Assembly: GCA_905178155.1 (NCBI GenBank)
Contig: CAJINV010000011.1
Span: 516,491-580,490 of the forward strand
DNA from: Amoebophrya sp. A120
Lineage: Eukaryota > Protista > Dinoflagellata
DNA length: 64,000 nucleotides
Reading direction: 5' to 3'
The notes beneath the pieces are model-generated. The model saw nothing but the letters and a program-made list of their open reading frames with translations. It was not told where the DNA came from and searched no databases. This document shows, in pieces, positions 60,479 to 64,000 of the stretch (the first letter of the stretch is position 1; every line of letters begins with the position of its first letter). A program made the position numbers and the translations under genes.

Positions 60479-63400
60479 TCACTGCAGGTCGGGCATCCGG
60501 AAGCCCACCCGGATGGTTATGGGCGCGTCCAGCGGCTCGTTAGTGGCCCGCCGGTGCCTGTCGACGGCGCGCAGAAGGTCCAACCACTATGACAATGCAC
60601 AACTCGTCCCGCCCCTCCTTGTCATTTGTAGTTTTTGTTTTGCATGGGCAGCAATACAAACACCCTCATTATCATGTGGAGCCTGTGCATGACACGTTCT
60701 CGCGCATGCGCGTACTTTAGTACTGTTTGATCTTTATTTGCGGAATCTGTCATGCAAATGGTACCACAGGGCAGCGCTTGGATTTTTTGGTCAATCGCAT
60801 GAGAAATGAGGGGAAGGGCGGGTACTACTCGCTGTGCACCCTCATAACCACGTGTCAGTTTCGCAGAGAATCCGCGGATTCCGCTCCTCAGCCGATGCTT
60901 CCGGCTCGCTCTCCCCCACGAAATCGTGGTCATCCAGCGGCACTGCGTCCGCGTTTCCAGAAATGCCGTCTGGGTGGTCATCGTCCTCCATCGGCACCAC
61001 ATCCGCGCAGCTACCGGCGGTGCCCGAGGTCTCGTCGGGCTGGTTTGTCCCGCCCGCGCCGTCGGAACAGCGGCCATTCGCGGACTCATCCTCCTCTCTC
61101 TCCTCGCCATCACTGTCGTCGCCATCTATGCCTTGCTCAGATGTTACAATCTCGAACGTTTACAATTATAAAAATCCGGATTTGTGCTGCTAGAAGAACT
61201 TCTCGTCAGCAATCACAAACACAATTTGACCTTACTGTGACACAGTAAGGTCAGATTGTGATTCCGCATGACAAGTGCCAACCACGTCAGAATTCTGTTC
61301 TGGTGAAATTTGCGGATGCAAAAAATGCAAGACTCTCTATGTTCCTCATGCTGTTCTTCATCCAAGGTAAATTCCAGACTCTATTGCAACGCTTTAGATT
61401 GTAACACCTGACAAGGTCATACGATCGCTGACGCTTTTTTCCTTCTCGTCCTCCGCTGGGGAAGGTTCCTCAAAGAGTCCGTCCACCGAGAAGGAGAGGT
61501 GCTCGAAAGTGCGGTTTTTGTAGGCAGCACGGTCCGCGGTCGGGACGTGAAGGGACTCGCACCAGCTTCTGGCTTCGTCAAAGTGAAGTTTCAGCAGCTG
61601 CTGCCCTTCGGGAGTCCGGGTCCCCTGCACAAGCTGTACTAGGGTGCGGAGCTCGCTGACGCATGCCTTCGCTTTCGATCTGGTAGCAACATCAGGGACG
61701 CGGAACTCGCATTCGCGCTCCAAGTTGGTCACGTAGACTGCTGTTGTGCCTCTTACCTTGATTTCGATGGCGTCCGCCGCGGGGTCGGGAGCCGCGTCCC
61801 CCGGAAAGATAACCTGCACGTCGGCATCAAGCAGTCCAAACGCGCCCAGCGAAGCGTTCTGCGAGGGAGATTGCGCCCCTTGGACCTCCAGCGAGATGAA
61901 GGTACCGGAAATGGTGTCTACTTCGAAAATAGCAACGGTGTGCTTCTGCTCGAACCTGAAGCGCGGTTTGACGGAGAACGGATCGACCCGCGGCAACTTG
62001 GATACTCGCCCAACAGGTCGTGCCCCGACGAGTTGACGCCGCGGCGGCGTCATGTTTTCTGTCCTCCACAAGACCTTCTGATCGTACATGAGGTGATGCA
62101 GTTTGTCATTTGTTTTGTCCCACCGCTGCTTGTCTACTTCCTTGGCGAAATTGAGACGCACTGAGCCAGCTGGTAGCCCCCACGCTGCTTCCATTTTTCC
62201 GGGGAGACCCTCCGCGAACTCTTGCGCCAAAATGTCAAGCTCACGAGAAAGCGCGTCGTGGAGAGTGTGCAGCACGTAGAATTCTTCGTGCAAGTCTCCG
62301 TATACACGAGCGCGATCTTCGGGTAAATATTAAGTTTGCTTCGCAATTCTGCGGCACTTTTTTTCTGCGACCTAAAGATAAGAAAATAACACACTTAATA
62401 GCTTCTCATCATGTCATCTCGTACTAAATACAATTGCAAAAATCTGAAAGAATGTACCCTCAAGAAGCTCGACAATCAGCTGCCGTCCACTCGCAATCAC
62501 CATTCCCCCTACATTCTCAAGACGAAACTCCACGGAGGGTGCCAGAAGATGCGACTCCTTCGGCTCCACGAACTCCGGCTTGTTGTAGCAAACACAAGCA
62601 CCAACCCGTTCCCCCGAAGAGCCGGACCACTTCGCAACAATTCGGTGCATGATGGAGGAGTGACTAGCTGGCTTCCCGCTGGTGGGTGCCGTTCGAGCTG
62701 CTTCCCAGATGCCATCTACCTCCTCCTCGTAGCAGTCCCGCACCCGCTGCAGATCGGAGATGATGTCGTCTAGCGCCTCGCGCGGCTTCTTGTAGCAATC
62801 TTTATTCGCCACCTCCCGAAGCAGCTTGTCGTATTCGACCAGTTTCTCCGCGCGCTGGTATTCCTCGGTCGTGGCCGATATGCATTGCAAATTATATCGA
62901 TCTAGGTCTAAAAGAGCTCAAACTTGTCATGCTAAATCTGGAACCCGGAACCCTGAGGTGAGGTTGTCATGCTAAATCTGGATGGTGCAAAAATCTGTGT
63001 TGCGTGTCAATACCAAAATTTGCGCAGTTTTCTGACCAAGTTGAGGGGAAATTTCCCGTGCATGGTAAGCATGTTGCAGATCTACTCACGGAATCTGTCA
63101 ACATGCTAGGTTCTGCATTCCAGACCTCCACCTCATGGTCATGGGTCGTGAAAAACCTGCATCATGACAAGTCTTGCATTCTACTTCAAGACCCAGATCG
63201 ATATTTGCAGATGATAGACGAGGCTGCAGCGGTGTACTGCAGACACTTCCAAAGCCCCGGCTTCTTTTTGAAAGCGTCGTCGACCACACCTGCGGTCGGA
63301 TTGCTCGTCGTGGTTCCAGAAGATTCCCCCGAGAGAATTCGTCCTGCTGTCTCATTGTGTCCTTCATGTTCATTGTCATCAGATGCCGGCTCAGTCTTGC

Positions 63401-63833
63401 GGAACCAGTCGTGTTGCAGACCCACGGCCGCCGCAAGCTTCTCCGCCACCTGGAAACTACAGGTCGTCAAATAAGCAGCGGGCAAGATCGTCAGTACGGC
63501 TCCAGGCTCCAGCAGGACAAAAGACGGCGCGGCGCCGAATTTCTTAGGGTTTGGTCCCTCGATGGCGCCCGCGAGTGGTTCGGTCAAAGGGTTAATAACA
63601 TTGGAGGAAGATGATTTTTCGGAGGGCGCACTGGGGCGGACCGCACGCACCCTCTGCACCAACGCGTCATACGCCGGACTCCCTGGCTCCCACCCCATCG
63701 CGGCTTCCAACGCAGATCGCGTGAAAAACGCGCCTTCTTCAGGCACGGAGAAATGCCGGAGCTGCATGTCGGAAGCAGCCTGGGCGGCGGCGGTGGTAAC
63801 GGAGTTTTTCACTTTTGAAGATGCCATCTTCAT
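60479..63833 (-). CDS. Hypothetical protein (3 introners + 1 canonical-type intron ~62320-62457)
   Basis: Exons 63217-63833, ~62458-62878, 61422-~62320, 60847-61126 and 60479-60587 join in frame across the introners (AAS|STTEEY; VSD|RDDSDGEE; DTW|LDLL...DLQ*). The acceptor of the canonical intron is uncertain. Confidence 0.65.
60588..60846. mobile_element. Introner, family E
   Basis: TATGACAATGCACA...TGTGCACCCTCATA; DR ACCAC/ACCAC. Confidence 0.9.
61127..61421. mobile_element. Introner, family B
   Basis: TCAGATGTTACAATCT...AGATTGTAACACCTGA; DR CCATC/CGATC. Confidence 0.88.
62879..63216. mobile_element. Introner, family A subtype (relative of 27549-27809) with an internal duplication
   Basis: DR GCCGA/GACGA; TTGTCATGCTAAATCTGGA duplicated internally. 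Confidence 0.88.
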
Positions 63834-64000
63834 CTATAATTTCACGGAAAGGTCTTATTTCGAAAGAAAAACAAAACGGGAACTTTCTCTGAACAAAAAC
63901 TTTCTTTGTGCCACAATTTTTGGGGAACAACGAGGGTTGACTGTATGCGAGCAAAAATTCCTTGTCCGAGTCTTTTCGATCATTTATTCTATCGAGTTCG

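Noticed and set aside
2716-63216. Recurrent short ORFs with CKNVWVWK / FQTQTFLH / MSGSGR peptides as a protein family
   Set aside because: These are translations of the family-A TIR in different frames, not genes.
1-64000. Autonomous transposase or RT gene, rRNA, tRNA or snRNA genes
   Set aside because: No DDE, RT, tyrosine-recombinase or HUH motifs or structured-RNA signatures were recognised by eye; covariance-model and HMM searches would be needed to exclude them.

Overview
Eukaryotic genomic DNA, not prokaryotic. It most likely comes from the parasitic syndinian dinoflagellate Amoebophrya (A120-like); this is inferred from intron architecture, not from a database search. All ~11 reconstructable genes lie on the minus strand: an FkbM-type methyltransferase, an Abitram/FAM206A-like protein, a coiled-coil protein, an AEP/C962R-like primase-domain protein, MBF1, FAM183/CFAP144-like, CEP162-like, a divergent protein kinase and several unknowns. 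About 42 non-canonical introner elements are present, 39 of them in exons of these genes and 3 decayed ones in pseudogenic DNA. They are 150-475 bp, from at least 7 TIR families, and almost all follow [5-nt direct repeat]-TAT...ATA-[5-nt direct repeat]. At the junctions translated by hand, removing the element plus 5 nt restores the frame. A few ordinary GT-AG introns also occur. The most unusual structure is at 17.8-21.5 kb. There a host 3' splice site (TTCCCAG|GTACGA) is present in five copies, separated by four unrelated 0.5-1.5 kb inserts with ~35-85 bp target duplications, which creates a potential recursive-splicing cassette array. A second insert with a 42-bp target duplication sits at the MBF1 stop codon. 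The 44.4-55 kb stretch is a decayed block with ~1.4-kb degenerate tandem units, a ~119-bp satellite containing an assembly gap, and eroded introners. Coordinates were counted by hand and may be off by 1-2 nt. Protein identities come from motif recognition.
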